DNA from: Bugula neritina
Taxonomy: Eukaryota > Animalia > Bryozoa
Direction: 5' to 3'
Length of the DNA stretch: 64,000 nucleotides
Assembly (NCBI GenBank): GCA_964035545.1
Contig: OZ037773.1
Span: forward strand, 8,213,751 to 8,277,750
Shown here: piece by piece, positions 36,574 to 49,311 of the stretch
Numbering within the stretch: position 1 is the first letter of the stretch
Layout: the number at the start of each line of letters is the position of its first letter
The notes under the pieces: generated by a model
Database searches by the model: none
What the model was told of the DNA's origin: nothing
The model's input: only the letters and a program-made list of their open reading frames with translations
Translations under genes and position numbers: made by a program

Positions 36574-38656
36574 AATAGACGATGTAAATTTGGTACATTT
36601 AGTACCTTGTACCAACTCTAGAATACTCACCACTATAACTTATATAAACTTCTGCAAGTTCAAATGCAAAATGCATACTTTTAGAAAATAGCTGTGCAAC
36701 TTTTATTACATGCATTATTTTATTTCATATCTTAAACTTATGAACCATGAGTTCATTTTTCAAAATGTTTAAATTAAGTGCTCAAAAAATGCAATTAAAA
36801 TTTTTATTCTTGCACAAATACCCTGGTGCAGTTTGACCACAACCCCAGCTGTTTTGACAAACACATTTAATGGTTTTTTTATTGACATAGTGGTGAATGA
36901 GCTGGTTGTTTTTGGCAGTTGGGTAGACTTGAAGCTTGGCAGCTTTTAAACAATTCTGATTGGCAGAATTTTACACGATAAGTTGATGTTTGTATCTGAT
37001 TGGCCTAATAATGCATTTGCATTTGAAAATGTAGAGTTTTATTTAAGCTATAATGGTGATATTTTAGAGTTGGCACACACCCCTTTTGGGTTGAGTTTTA
37101 TAGTCTGTTCCTGCTGCAGTCATCTACAACAACAGTGTATAGGGAAATTATTAGTATTACGAAATCTGTTTTGGCTTACTTTGCTATGCCAGTATTCTGA
37201 CTTAGTTTGTAATCAACTATGTTGGCAGTTAAAACTGAGGGTGATTTCATCAAAGGTGGACATTGCTGAGGCCTTAGAACATCAAATCAACCAGTGCTGT
37301 TACTTGGTTGTATTGTAAAGCAGTAGTGAGAGCATAGCACACTATCACAGTCACTGAGCTGCAATGACAGTGGCTACACCAAACTCGTCAGTTCTATTAT
37401 ATTATCTTATGTAAGGCACGTCAAAACAATATAGACCCACATGCAAGGCACTACATGCTAATACTCATTTTTATACAAAATTTCTACATTATCTATTGCT
37501 AATAGCTGTGCATTTAAATCCAATGCAGATGAATATGTGACAGAGTAAAAAGCTACTGTTTTACAAATTTAAAATAAAATAATAGTGCGGGTACACAAGC
37601 AAATAATTTATAGTTAGCGTAGGCTAATGCATTTGTAATGTGCATGTTAAACAACTTTTTTATAATTTATTACATTAGACTATGAGAATGTATTTAGTAG
37701 TATGTATTGATTTAAAACTAAATCATGAAATGATTATCATTATTGCAACCTCTGTGCTTGGTAGACAGGATAGAGAGGGGTGGTGTGACTGCTGTAACTG
37801 TGCTACTGCTCTACATACTAACAGAGACTAGGCTAGTGTTTTGACGTGCCTTACATACTGTCATTGCAGCTCAGTGACTGTGATAGTGTGCTATGCTCTC
37901 ACTACTGCTTTACAATACAACCAAGTAACAGCACTGGTTGATTTAATGTTCTAAGGCCTCAGCAATGTCTACCTTTGATGAAATCACCCTCAGTTTTAAC
38001 TGCCAACATAGTTGATTATAACAAAACTAAGTCAGAATACTGGCATAGCAAAGTAAGCCAAAACAGATTTCGTAATACTAATAATTTCCCTATACACTGT
38101 TGTTGTAGATGACTGCAGCAGGAACAGACTATAAAACTCAACCCAAAAGGGGTGTGTGCCAACTCTAAAATATCACCATTATAGCTTAAATAAAACTACA
38201 TTTTCAAATGCAAATGCATTATTAGGCCAATCAGATACAAACATCAACTTATCGTGTAAAATTCTGCCAATCAGAATTGTTTAAAAGCTGCCAAGCTTCA
38301 AGTCTACCCAACTGCCAAAAACAACCAGCTCATTCACCACTATGTCAATAAAAAAACCATTAAATGTGTTTGCCAAAACAGCTGGGGTTGTGGTCAAACT
38401 GCACCAGGGTATTTGTGCAAGAATAAAAATTTTAATTGCATTTTTTGAGCACTTAATTTAAACATTTTGAAAAATGAACTCATGGTTCATAAGTTTAAGA
38501 TATGAAATAAAATAATGCATGTAATAAAAGTTGCACAGCTATTTTCTAAAAGTATGCATTTTGCATTTGAACTTGCAGAAGTTTATATAAGTTATAGTGG
38601 TGAGTATTCTAGAGTTGGTACAAGGTACTAAATGTACCAAATTTACATCGTCTATT
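36574..38656. repeat. long inverted repeat (foldback): arms 36574-37428 and 37837-38656, ~410-bp spacer
   Basis: The left arm starts AATAGACGATGTAAATTTGGTAC and the right arm ends GTACCAAATTTACATCGTCTATT. By eye the arms differ only by about 3 substitutions, a 2-nt and a 4-nt indel and one ~36-nt indel near the inner end. Confidence 0.95.
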
Positions 38657-38735
38657 GCACTGGGTCATTGGTTAAACCCCCAGCAGTCATTGTGACACCA
38701 GGATGAGCATCAGATCATAATTAGTCCTTTGCCAT
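38657..38735 (+). mobile_element. degenerate SINE-like fragment abutting the right arm of the inverted repeat
   Basis: GGTCATTGGTTAAACCCC...CATTGTGACACCAGGATGAGCATCAGATCATAATTAGTCC resembles the B-box and core of the other copies. Confidence 0.4.
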
Positions 38736-39549
38736 ATGAAAGTTGCAGTTTCAGAAAAATATGAGTTTTCCCTGGTAACAGGCATGCTTAGAATTCAAAG
38801 CTCTTCCTCACTATCAACCTGTTATGAGTCAATGTCTCTATGCTCCGCAGGAGTTGTCTTTCTTCAGAGGATAGATTTACTTTTTATAGAAGATCAGTTG
38901 CCACTCTTCTAGAATATTTATATTTATCAGAAAAAGCAGCAAAGGTTGCTCTTTGTTATTATATTAGATTACTATTGAAGGAAAACAACAATTTATTTGT
39001 TAAAATTCTATTACTTTATAATATAGTTGTCAATCTTGTACAATAATGCAGTTGCTAAGCTCAATTGGCAATATCAGTTATCCTCACTACCAGTGAAGAT
39101 AACTTATTATGTAACGCTTCAACTGTTTAGCAGCTCTTGGTGTTTAATGTGAACAACTTTGTTATTCAAATTATGTTTTTTATTTGAAGTTTTCTTCTTT
39201 GCATAAACACAAGAAAATTCAAATTATGCATTATGATAAATCTATAAATCTATAATTTGATTCCATCTATAGAACATATGCAATATATGATTATAATAGG
39301 CTACTAAACACAGATGTACAAATACAAAAGTGAAAATATAATATTTTGTATACGAATATATTGGGTGTAAAAGTTTTTAAAATTTTGTTTTATAAACATG
39401 AGCAAGAGCATGGATAAAATTTTTAATAGGTAATGTTTTGGTTTATGACTTCAACTAAAATATATTGAGAGCTTTTGTATGTGTATGTAGGCATAGAGTC
39501 AGCAAGTTTTTGGTAAGCGCTTGAAAGCCAAAGGGCTTCTGTTTAAATT

Positions 39550-42500
39550 CTAAATTGTCTGTCGATTTGGTGCTTGTCGGATCAGCCTATTCTGCGGTTT
39601 GAAACACCCAAATATAATATTATTAGCAACTGAATTATTCGAATTTGGTGGCTTGAAAATGTTTCTTAGACATAACTTTCGATCTAGAGTCGATCTGAGC
39701 TCCGATATTTGACCAGGAACTTCCGCCCTCAGTCTCTGTCTGGTCTTTAAGAAGATGTCGTAGATATCCTCATTACACCCGGATCTTCTGAGAATGTCTG
39801 CGAACATCTCAAACAGCTTTCCTCTGACAGCGCTTCCACCATTGATGGTAGACATCAGCACAATGAAGTCATCATGGAGGATGTCAAAATGAGTGCTGCT
39901 GGTGCTTGAAGAACAGCGTTCTTCTTCCATTTCATTCAGTTCCTTCTTCTCTGTTTCGATAAATTTTGTAACAGCGCCTGTTAACTGCTTGATGTGGTTT
40001 CTTTTCCAATTTCTATGCTTTTGAGTCGCACCAGCTGGGAGCATTTGGTCTATGACTGAGTCTGGCAGGGGCGGGGGTGACACAATGTGTGACGTCCTGT
40101 AGTGATGTGTTAGTATGGTGTTCAGGTTACGTCGTGTGAATGGGGAGATAGCACCAGGCATTTCCTGTTTATTTTTTGCGCCTGGTATTGGAGCATCTCT
40201 CACTAAGTCAGCATAACCTGAAGTAAAAAGGACTCAATAAATCTTATTATTAACAAGGCAGTTCATCTTAAACTTTTAATTTACATCAACTAAAAACTAA
40301 ATTCAACTATCACTTATATTATTGAAATGGGCTGCATACAAGTTTAGCTCTACAATTTAACCTTAGCAAGTTTCCTTATGCTTCCTGTATCTAACTATAC
40401 TCTCCATTGCCTTTTGTGAACATGTTTTAAAGCAGCCAAAAATAATACTTCTACTATTATTTCATACTACTTTTAATTTGAAAGCAAATTTCTAAAAGGA
40501 TCAAAGCGGAGTAGCAATTGTTCTTTGTATGTGTACCAACTTGAAATAAACAAATATCATTCTAACTCGATGAACCAAATTAATCGATTGTTGCTTATAT
40601 TCTAAATCAAGTTAATGTTTGATAATTTATAGTGAGCACATACAACAGCATGCCATATGCCAGGCTCGGAGTTCCGGGCATATTTAAACACCTGGAAGAT
40701 TAAATTAATGTATAGTTAAAGTTGTCTTTGCAATGACATTTGTAGCTAGTGTGTTGATAAATTAAACCAAACTTGCTAATTACTAGTTAGATACTGCTTT
40801 TACAAAAAACTGTTATTAATGTTAACAAATAAAGTGGTAGCTAAATTGTTCTGTTATTCAAGTAAAAACTTCAATAACTTAGAATTTTAAAACAGCTGTA
40901 ATATATACTTTCTATCTATTTTTAATAGTATTTAATTTATTTTAATCATAAATAGTACTTGTCATCATCAATAATAAATATAAAAATATTTTTGCAATAT
41001 TCACTAAATAATGAATTAAATTATACATATATAACTTTAAAACTTGCGTTAAAAACCAGATCAGATAATATTGTAAGGCTATGGCACTTAATTATGTTTA
41101 CCGGAGTTGTGTTTCCTCTTCCCATCCACTAGAGCAGTCACCTGACACGCTTGCAGCAGTAGAATCTACAAGTGAACCAGTCATCTGTATTTCGCATAAC
41201 TTTGAAATCTAGCATTTATAAATGTCAGGTATGAGATTTGAGACTTTTCTGTGATTGGTTGTAATTATACTACAAAATTATGCGCGCTTTTAATTTGAAC
41301 GTATTAACTCTGTACAGGTATCTGTGACTCACCTTTGGTTTTCCTTCCAAGACTTTTTGGTTCATAGAAATGAGAATATCCTGAATTCGCACCAACTCAT
41401 CCTTCGCCCAAACAGCCCCTTTAACGCCGTGTCCCATGACCGCAACCAGAAGACCTGATGAGTCTTCCTCAGACGCCGTTTCTCTTATCTGTTTCAGCAT
41501 GTCATGTGCGGATAAGTTTCGCTTTTTGGTTACTCTAACTTCAAATTCCGGAAGCACTTCCTCCAAGTACATGCACTCAACGTCGGCACCTTCTCGCTCC
41601 ACTGTCGTGTACAGAATCAACACTCTCACTGGACTAGTCAACAGGTAGAAACCTTCTTGGCTCTGCACCCAGCTCAGGAGTGATTTCATTGGCTGACTCA
41701 TTGTCACATTACAAGGCGTTTTCCCCTGACTGTTGGAGGCAAGAACCGCTTTGTTTTTATCAGCTTCCTGGAGGGAAGTAAGGTATTGGACTGCAGCTCT
41801 GTAGTGGTTCAGTTTGACTACCACGTGCAGAAACGTATCTCCTGTGCCTTCTACTGTTTCACCTACCAGATCCTTTGCTTCTGTAATTAAAACATGGTTT
41901 ATTACACAACTACAGGGATGAGATTCTGTAGTGATTCAATAACTGGAAGCAGATATTTCTAACAAATTATGTAATGTGGATTCAATTACATAATTGTTAG
42001 CATGTGATAAGTGGTTGTGGACTCATTCACAGCTCATGACATCTTCAACACAAATGTACATATGTTCCACTATATAATATTTATCATATACACATACATA
42101 TATTCTACTAGATGATCTATATCATATATGCATGTATGTATATATTATTACACATGTACAATCAGATAGGTTCTTTCATACACACACCCATATACATGTA
42201 TATGCAACCAGACTATTTATAACAAACACATGCTAATAATATTTACCCTCATTGCTCATTGGCCAATCATCAAGGAGACCCTCTGCCATCTGATGATCAT
42301 GTCTGCTAAGGAGATTCATTCTCTGTTGGCCATTGCAGGCCCGCAGCAAATGTCTAAGGAGATCTGATGCAGGCTGAGCTGACTTTTGAGTAATAATGCT
42401 ACTTATGACTGTGTCTCCATCTTTTTCTGTAATGTGTAACAAGTCTGTCCATTGTGGGTGTTCCTGGACCGAGTTCACCATGATTTTAGCCAACTTGAAA

Positions 42501-43756
42501 AGTCGTGAATCCCGTGACGCCACGAGTAAAGCAGTCTCTCTTTTTGCATTTGGCAACTTCAGAATAGCTAATCGGCTTTCTATATCCAAAGAATTGAGTA
42601 AAGATTTTAATATTTTCTCGCGCTTCTTTTCAATGTGCAAACAAAGATGAATGGCTGTTTCTTTTCTGAGATCCTGTAACTGGAGAAGGCTGTGTGTGTC
42701 GCGTTCAGTCAATCTGTTTAAGATGTAATCTATGGCCTCGTCGTCACACTTTTTTACTGCCACATGCATCACAGTTCTAAGATCTTCGCCTTGTTTAAGT
42801 AAAATGTTCACTTGCTCTCTTTCATTGTGATTTTCCAGAAGAAGTTTCAGTGCTTCAGAGTTGCTGTGAAAAGCGGCGCGTAGCACTCGTTTTGTCGCTG
42901 TATCTATTTTCTCTACATCATTAAAAGTGCATTCATTATGGGCTGATAATAGAGATTGCATTGGACCTACAAACCTTCTCTTCACAGCCAAATCATACGG
43001 AGTTCGTTGAGATTTGCTTTTAATTCCCAACATTTTGAATAGTACTGATCTGGGAACGGATTTGATAATAGCATTGGTCAAATTGAAATTGTTGTTACCT
43101 ACTGCGATGTGTAAAGCAGTTCGACCTGAGCACTTTGTTTGAATTCGCAGTAATTCAAACCGGTTGGCGACTTGCAGTGAATCCACGAGCATCATCATTA
43201 AATTTGTATCGTTTTTGTTGGCGCATAAATGGACTGCAGTGTATCCCTCTGAGTCTCTCTCTATCAGTAGTTTCAGTTTGTCTTGCTCTTCTAATCTATG
43301 GAGAATGCAATGTACAGCCTGTAGATTTGGCAGTTCATTATTCACGATATGATGTAAAACAGTTCTACAGTTTGCGTCTTTTGAGTTTAGAAAGAAGAAT
43401 GCCTGGTGTAAGCTCAGAGTTTCAGTGATATCTAAGATCGTTTCAATTCTGTTGTTGCTGGCCAGACAGTGGAGGACAGAGAATTTGTCGGTCGAAGACA
43501 TGTCTAACAGTTTTAGACACTCGTCATTGGACAAGCTGCTCAAGATGACTGCAATCTTATTGTAACAGTTAGAATTAGCCAATAAATGGAGTATCTGTAG
43601 CCCTGATTCATTCTTTTGAAGAAAGAAATTCGCACGCAGACCAGCCGGGGTTACATTCAGAAAGTCTTGTAGCTCTGTGTTACTAGAATGCTGGATTATT
43701 GATAGAAGGCTATCAATATCATACGAATATGCACTGGGTACCATTTCATCCTTCAT
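39550..43756 (-). CDS. ankyrin-repeat / caspase (peptidase C14A) fusion protein, ~929 aa, 4 coding exons
   Basis: Exons 43756-42247, 41880-41333, 41165-41102, 40217-39550 are GT-AG, phases 1/0/1, total 2790 nt. About 12 ANK-like repeats (GxTxLH). p20: VLILY...REGADVE...RNLSAHDM...LVAVMGHG...GKPK|ILLLQACQ. p10: DFIVLMSTINGGSAVRG...DIYDIFLKTRQRL...QISELRSTLDRKLCL. Confidence 0.88.
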
Positions 43757-45899
43757 TTTTCACCTTTAAATTCACTGATCTGAAAGGTAATAAAAGCAGT
43801 AGTTTTATGTAAAGCCTGAAGCTCACGCTAATACTTATAGCACAAGGACATGTATAGTTTTATTAGTTAGTTTCATGTAAGTTTTAAAAAATGCCTAACT
43901 AACAGCAATTTCTGAAACATTAGTCATAGCCTCTGTACCCTATCGTATTTTTCCTCAGGTTTTCAAGTTTTAGGTGCAATATTTAAGAATTAAATAACAA
44001 CTTTAAGCTGTAACAGGAAGCAGGTATGGGTACATGTAAAAAACCTGCATGGCTACGATAGAGGCAGAAGAATTATCGGGGATAGAATGATATAATAGCC
44101 TACCTTTAAGGGCTTTATGACTACGAGTGTGAGACTGTGTGGCAGCTGAGCCAGGCACCCTTATACTGATAAAGCGGTGTAACACGGCGCTCCAGGTTGT
44201 GTAGCTATTTCTTTCCTCCTTAGTTCGCTCATGTTTGCCTTTATAGTTGTGCCTACTCAAGAGATGAGTGTTTACTAGTTATCAATACAATGGTTGCCAA
44301 AAAGTGCTACTGATCCAATATGAGCTCGACTGGCAAATCAGTTTAGTTGATTGTTATAAATCACTGCCCATATAATCTTATCTATACCTCGTATCTTTTT
44401 GAATGAAGTGGGGAAATCCAAGTGTCATATTGCCTACCGATAGCTCAGTCACGTGATCGGTTCCGGTCCCAAACAAAGCACTTTATGCTGGTTGCTCATC
44501 CATAAAAAAATGATTTATAGTTAGAACGGATGTCATAAAACTTTCAATGTCACCCTGATGTCCCAGCAGGAGACTGTTGTCATTTCATCATCCAGTAACA
44601 GTAACCTGGTGACTTTACTCCACCCTTTATCGGTGCTAGTTGCTTCCTGTGGGAGACCTCACCAACCACCACAAGATGATGCAATGAGAGCTGAGGCTAT
44701 CCTGCAAGAATGCAGTCCCACAGCACTCAGTGATATGCTAAATAGCACACCTTATAACTAGCCTGTATGGCGCAAGGGTTGCAGTAATTTGACTACTATA
44801 TTATTTCAGTAGAATTGATGCTGATCACTTGTAACAATTTATCAATTACTTTTGCTGTTGTCAACTTTACCATACAGTGAGTAGGTGCTGTGATGGGTGA
44901 TGCAGATGCACCAGTATGTATGTCCATGGGGAAAGTTCTAGAAAATACCGGAAACTTCTATCAAAAATATTGCTTCATAAAACAAATTTTATACAATAAT
45001 TAAAATAAATCTTTCTCCACTACTGCTCCTAAATAGCAGTCACACAATCCCATTCAGGGTGTTTCCTCTCAGTTACATTGTTATAAAGTATAAAGGAGTT
45101 GTGATTTAGTTTATTTTGTTTTATTTGCTAAGGTGTCCTCATACTGATAATCATTCATTAAAACCAATCAAGCTTGACATGTTTTGCTAAAGTAATAATA
45201 GCCAGGGCATTGTCAACTTTTTGCAACCCAAGATAAGAGGTTTCGTAACCGTGGTGACCAAAGTAAAACTTGCTGCAGCTCAATTTACTTAAAGAGCATT
45301 TGACACTCAGTCGCTGAGGGAAACAGCTGTTTGTGCTCAATATCCAGTGTTTGCTGTATTAATGTTTTTCAGCTGAGTTCAAATCAAAGTCGTGTAGGTG
45401 CAGCAATCAAAAGTACAATTATCAATTATCTTTATAAATATTTTTGGGGGCAAGGGTTGAAAGTCACAAGAGAATATAACTTCTAGCCTTTTTTCATATT
45501 TTCACATTACTACACCTATCCTATAAAGGAGAGGTGTTAAGTAAGTGGAAATTTATTTATTTTAATATATAATAAATGTAAGATTTTATGGCTGCATTAT
45601 CAATTTTCATTTTATTTTGAAATTATTCAAACAATATTTACTTAAATAACTTTATTTTTCAAAACTTACCAAGAGTTGTCTTCTTTTTCATTACTTCAGA
45701 CATATCAAGAATCAAGCAATATATCTGACGTCCTTAAAAATTAAAACAGATTTGGTGGAAGTGAAAGCAGGAGTTTAAGCAAATAAATGAGACAATCAGA
45801 TCTAGGCAATCATCTGCAGTGGTATGCAACACATCCATGGCACACGCAAGTTTGTTTCATTCAAATTCTAGCTTGTGATGTAATTTTTGTCTACAGCTC

Positions 45900-46101
45900 G
45901 TCAAGTCATCATTCCATCAAGTCATTATTCCATCAAGTCATCATTCCATCAAGTCATCATTCCATCAAGTCCTCATTCCATCAAGTCATTATTCCATCAA
46001 GTCATCATTCCATCAAGTCATCATTCCATCAAGTCATTATTCTATCAAGTCATCATTCCATCAAGTCATCATTCCATCAAGTCATCATTCCATCAAGTCA
46101 T
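45900..46101 (+). repeat. 16-bp minisatellite
   Basis: TCAAGTCATCATTCCA x ~12. Confidence 0.9.
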
Positions 46102-48436
46102 TAAGTTATGAAGCAAAATTTTATTGACTTATAAAGCCACATTTTACTACAAAAATAAAAGTAAAATTAGCAATTAGCTGTCCAATGATTAGACCAAATA
46201 ATCGAAATTTGGTAAAGATTACATTATAATGCACCGTTTACAATCAATGAGTAAGTAACTGAAACTATAATAGAGTTGATAATGAAGAAAACTGCATATT
46301 GCTGCAGGAATTAAATTATCAGTTTCATAAGTCAAACGAAAGCTAGGAGTGGCTTCATTGTAAGCTTTATGACTGCTTTAAGTCACAGCTTAGACCAGGA
46401 AAAGCTAACTTTACAATATACTCATCGGCATAGAATGCTGCCACTATAATATAGTTTCCTCTCCCATAAAACACATTGTATATAGGTATTATATAACAAC
46501 TGGAATATGTAGACAACTGATTTAATTCTATGATTTAATGTAATAGCATACAATGCTGTCATTATAATATAGTTTCTTTTCCCATAAATCCCATTCTATA
46601 TAGGCCTATTATAGTAACAACTGTATGTTGGAATATGTAGAAAAATAATATAATTCTATGATTTAATGTAATAGCATAATATAGTAATGTAATATAATGT
46701 AATGCAGTGCAATACAATATAATATAATAATATAATATAATAACATAATATAATGATATGATATTTTATCCCAACTCAGCCAGGGAATTATCAAGTTCAG
46801 CGTTGGGGAAGATGAAGTCAATTCAACAAGTTTAGGTTGTGAATTCCTATATTTCCACTATCCATGTCATTAAACATTTATTTATTTTTCTATTTGTAAT
46901 TATGATTGACTGGAAAATAAAATCATTGTCCATCATTTTTAGCAAGCCTTTTTAGTTTTGAAAATTTGTAATTAATATAAGATTATGGTGAAATAAGTAG
47001 CAGATCTGAGCTAGGCACAACATATACTAGCCATCTTATCTCTAGACATTTAAAAGGAGTTGTGCTCTCTCTTATAAGAACCACTGTATAAAGATATATG
47101 ACATTATAAGTTATTTTTATGTAAAGAAAAATGGTAAAATGTTGCAGGAAGTACATGCCTGTGGTGAAACGGTACTGTGGGGCATTTTTCTACTTCCTGT
47201 ATAACATTATGAATGAAGCTTAGTTGGCAAGAGCTGCTGAAGTCCCCTGGGAGGGTACATCCCCTCTGGAGGGCACAGCATCCTCTCCTCCACTTTACCG
47301 CACTTCTCAGCTGCACCCAGAAGCACAGAGCAGCATTTACATTCTATCCGAATTGAAAGGCTTCGACTATTTTTGTATTTGGCAATGTTTCAAGGTTGTT
47401 CTGCATCTCGATGTTGTGAATGGTCCAATCACCACTCTGGGAAAACAATTCAACGGTGCCTTAGGCGTATATTATATAATAATGCAGTTCAAAGTTTGCT
47501 GCGATGAAATGATTATTCTATTAATTATGCAATTGCATATAAATTATATGACGTGTTTGTATAATTTGGTTGTTTTCTATTGTATACTGTTTGTTCAAGC
47601 ATAATTTCTTAGAATTTCAAAAATATAAACCAGGAATGTCCAGAGTCTCATTATTTTCACTTTTGCAGTTAACGACTAAAGTGAAGTAGCGAGATGTGAA
47701 ATACTGACCCCCAAACAGCCTTGACCGAAATAAGACTGCAAAGCAGGGCAAAACACATTAGGCTATAGTTAGTCTCATAGCAATACGAGAAAAGTATGAA
47801 CACATCCTGCACAACCTTCTGCTGGTATCACATTCCTTATTGTGGTTAAGAAGTTGTACCAGGTAAATTATTTGGGTTTCATCAATAGTTGGGGAACCTG
47901 ATTTACATAGCAGCAGGCATAGTCTGAGCCTCCCCCACACCTCTGAGTGTACATGTAGCCTTGTTCAGGAGTTTAGCTTAATGTAGAAACATAGTACTGT
48001 GTATGAGTGTAGTACAGGGGGTGTAGTACAGCGCAAAAGTGTAAGGGGTATAGCATATTGCAGGGGTATAGCACAATGTAGAAGTGTAGTACGGTGTGGA
48101 GAAGGAGGGGAAGGTGTAGGACAATGCGGGTACATTTACACAATACACAAGTCTAGAGTAGATGTACTCAGTTATTACCCTCATTGTTATTCTATTGATG
48201 AGGTCAGTGAACATGTAGGTTAGTTGGTCACACCTCTGTCCCATAAGTTGACATCAACTTGAGTGACTCCACCAGCTTCCTCTGCTGCCTTGGGCTACAC
48301 AGCTAACAGTGCTGCTGCTTTTCTACTCCCTAAATAACATCATATTTATTCTATTTTATAACTTATTTTATTAGATATTTTATTTGGTAATGACAATGCT
48401 CTAATTTATTTCTCACTTGTTGTTACAGAATAGATC

Positions 48437-49266
48437 ATGGCGTGTTGCCTCCCACCATCTGGTGCGTGGGCGGTGGTGTGGATCCTAGGTAATGAACTAT
48501 AGAATTTTCTAGAACTCCTAGTGTTGTTATTGAACAGCTTAGAAAATATCATGGATATTTTAGGCAATTATGTAAAAAGCAATTTAATTGCATTAAAAAT
48601 TTCCAGCTTATTTTTTCTTAGCAGAAAGTGGTTATTTATGCTATTTTGTCATCAATCATAATATTAGATTATAGCTGTTACCTATCTACAACACAAATTA
48701 AACTGCATATCTATATTTATATGTATATTTGGCTATACCTATTATACACTTACATATGCAGCATAATGTATTGAGTTATATACTCATATGCTAGCAGTAT
48801 ATTACATCGCGTATATTATATGTGCATAGTAGGTTATATCTGTTGCACATCTACATAATTATGTAGTATATACGTAGCATATTATAGAATTGTATTTTAT
48901 ATATTCAATCATGTATTTTATATAGCATATAACATAATACAGTATCTATTATAGCATCATACTATATAAAAACTATAGATAAAGTATTAACAGTAGTTAT
49001 TATATACAGTAGTTGTATTACCTTTTCTTTATACTTTGTTGCACAAATCTAGCATTCCAACCAATGGAGTATTACTCATAGTTATGACATCTAGACTTCA
49101 GTTTATCACATGGAAAGTGTATTGTGATCTAGCAGGCAAGCTAGCAAGATCCTGCAGTACATTATGCAGCTATTATGTATTGTATGCAGCAATGGTGTGC
49201 TCTACACATACCCTGGGAGATGGAAAAAGGTTTAAAAGACTGGCGCCAGTCGGTGGTTCTTCATAA
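48437..49266 (+). other. candidate spliced upstream ORF (42 aa) on putative 5'-UTR exons 48429-48488 and 49190-49314 of the VOC gene
   Basis: ttgttacag|...ATG 48437...ATCCTAG|gtaatg joined to tgtatgcag|CAATGG...TAA 49266 gives MACCLPPSGAWAVVWILAMVCSTHTLGDGKRFKRLAPVGGSS. Confidence 0.3.
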
Positions 49267-49311
49267 CAAAGTCAGCAGTCAGTTGGAGCCTGGAATCTTT
49301 AGACAGCAGTT

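Noticed and set aside
36983-37318. 111-aa ORF in the left arm of the inverted repeat (possible transposase)
   Set aside because: No recognisable motif, and the copy in the right arm is frameshifted by indels.
40644-40691. Possible extra exon inside the caspase linker intron
   Set aside because: In phase 1 it hits TAA immediately, and other phases do not fit the phase-1 acceptor at 40217.
45787-46111. Repeat-derived ORFs (also 12781-13009, 22610-22831, 31317-31616, 32084-32314, 52042-52602, 55609-55872)
   Set aside because: They are translations of minisatellites or low-complexity DNA.
46780-47604. Exon-like, GC-richer segments and a 126-aa ORF
   Set aside because: I could not assemble a consistent ORF or recognise any family, so it is left unannotated.
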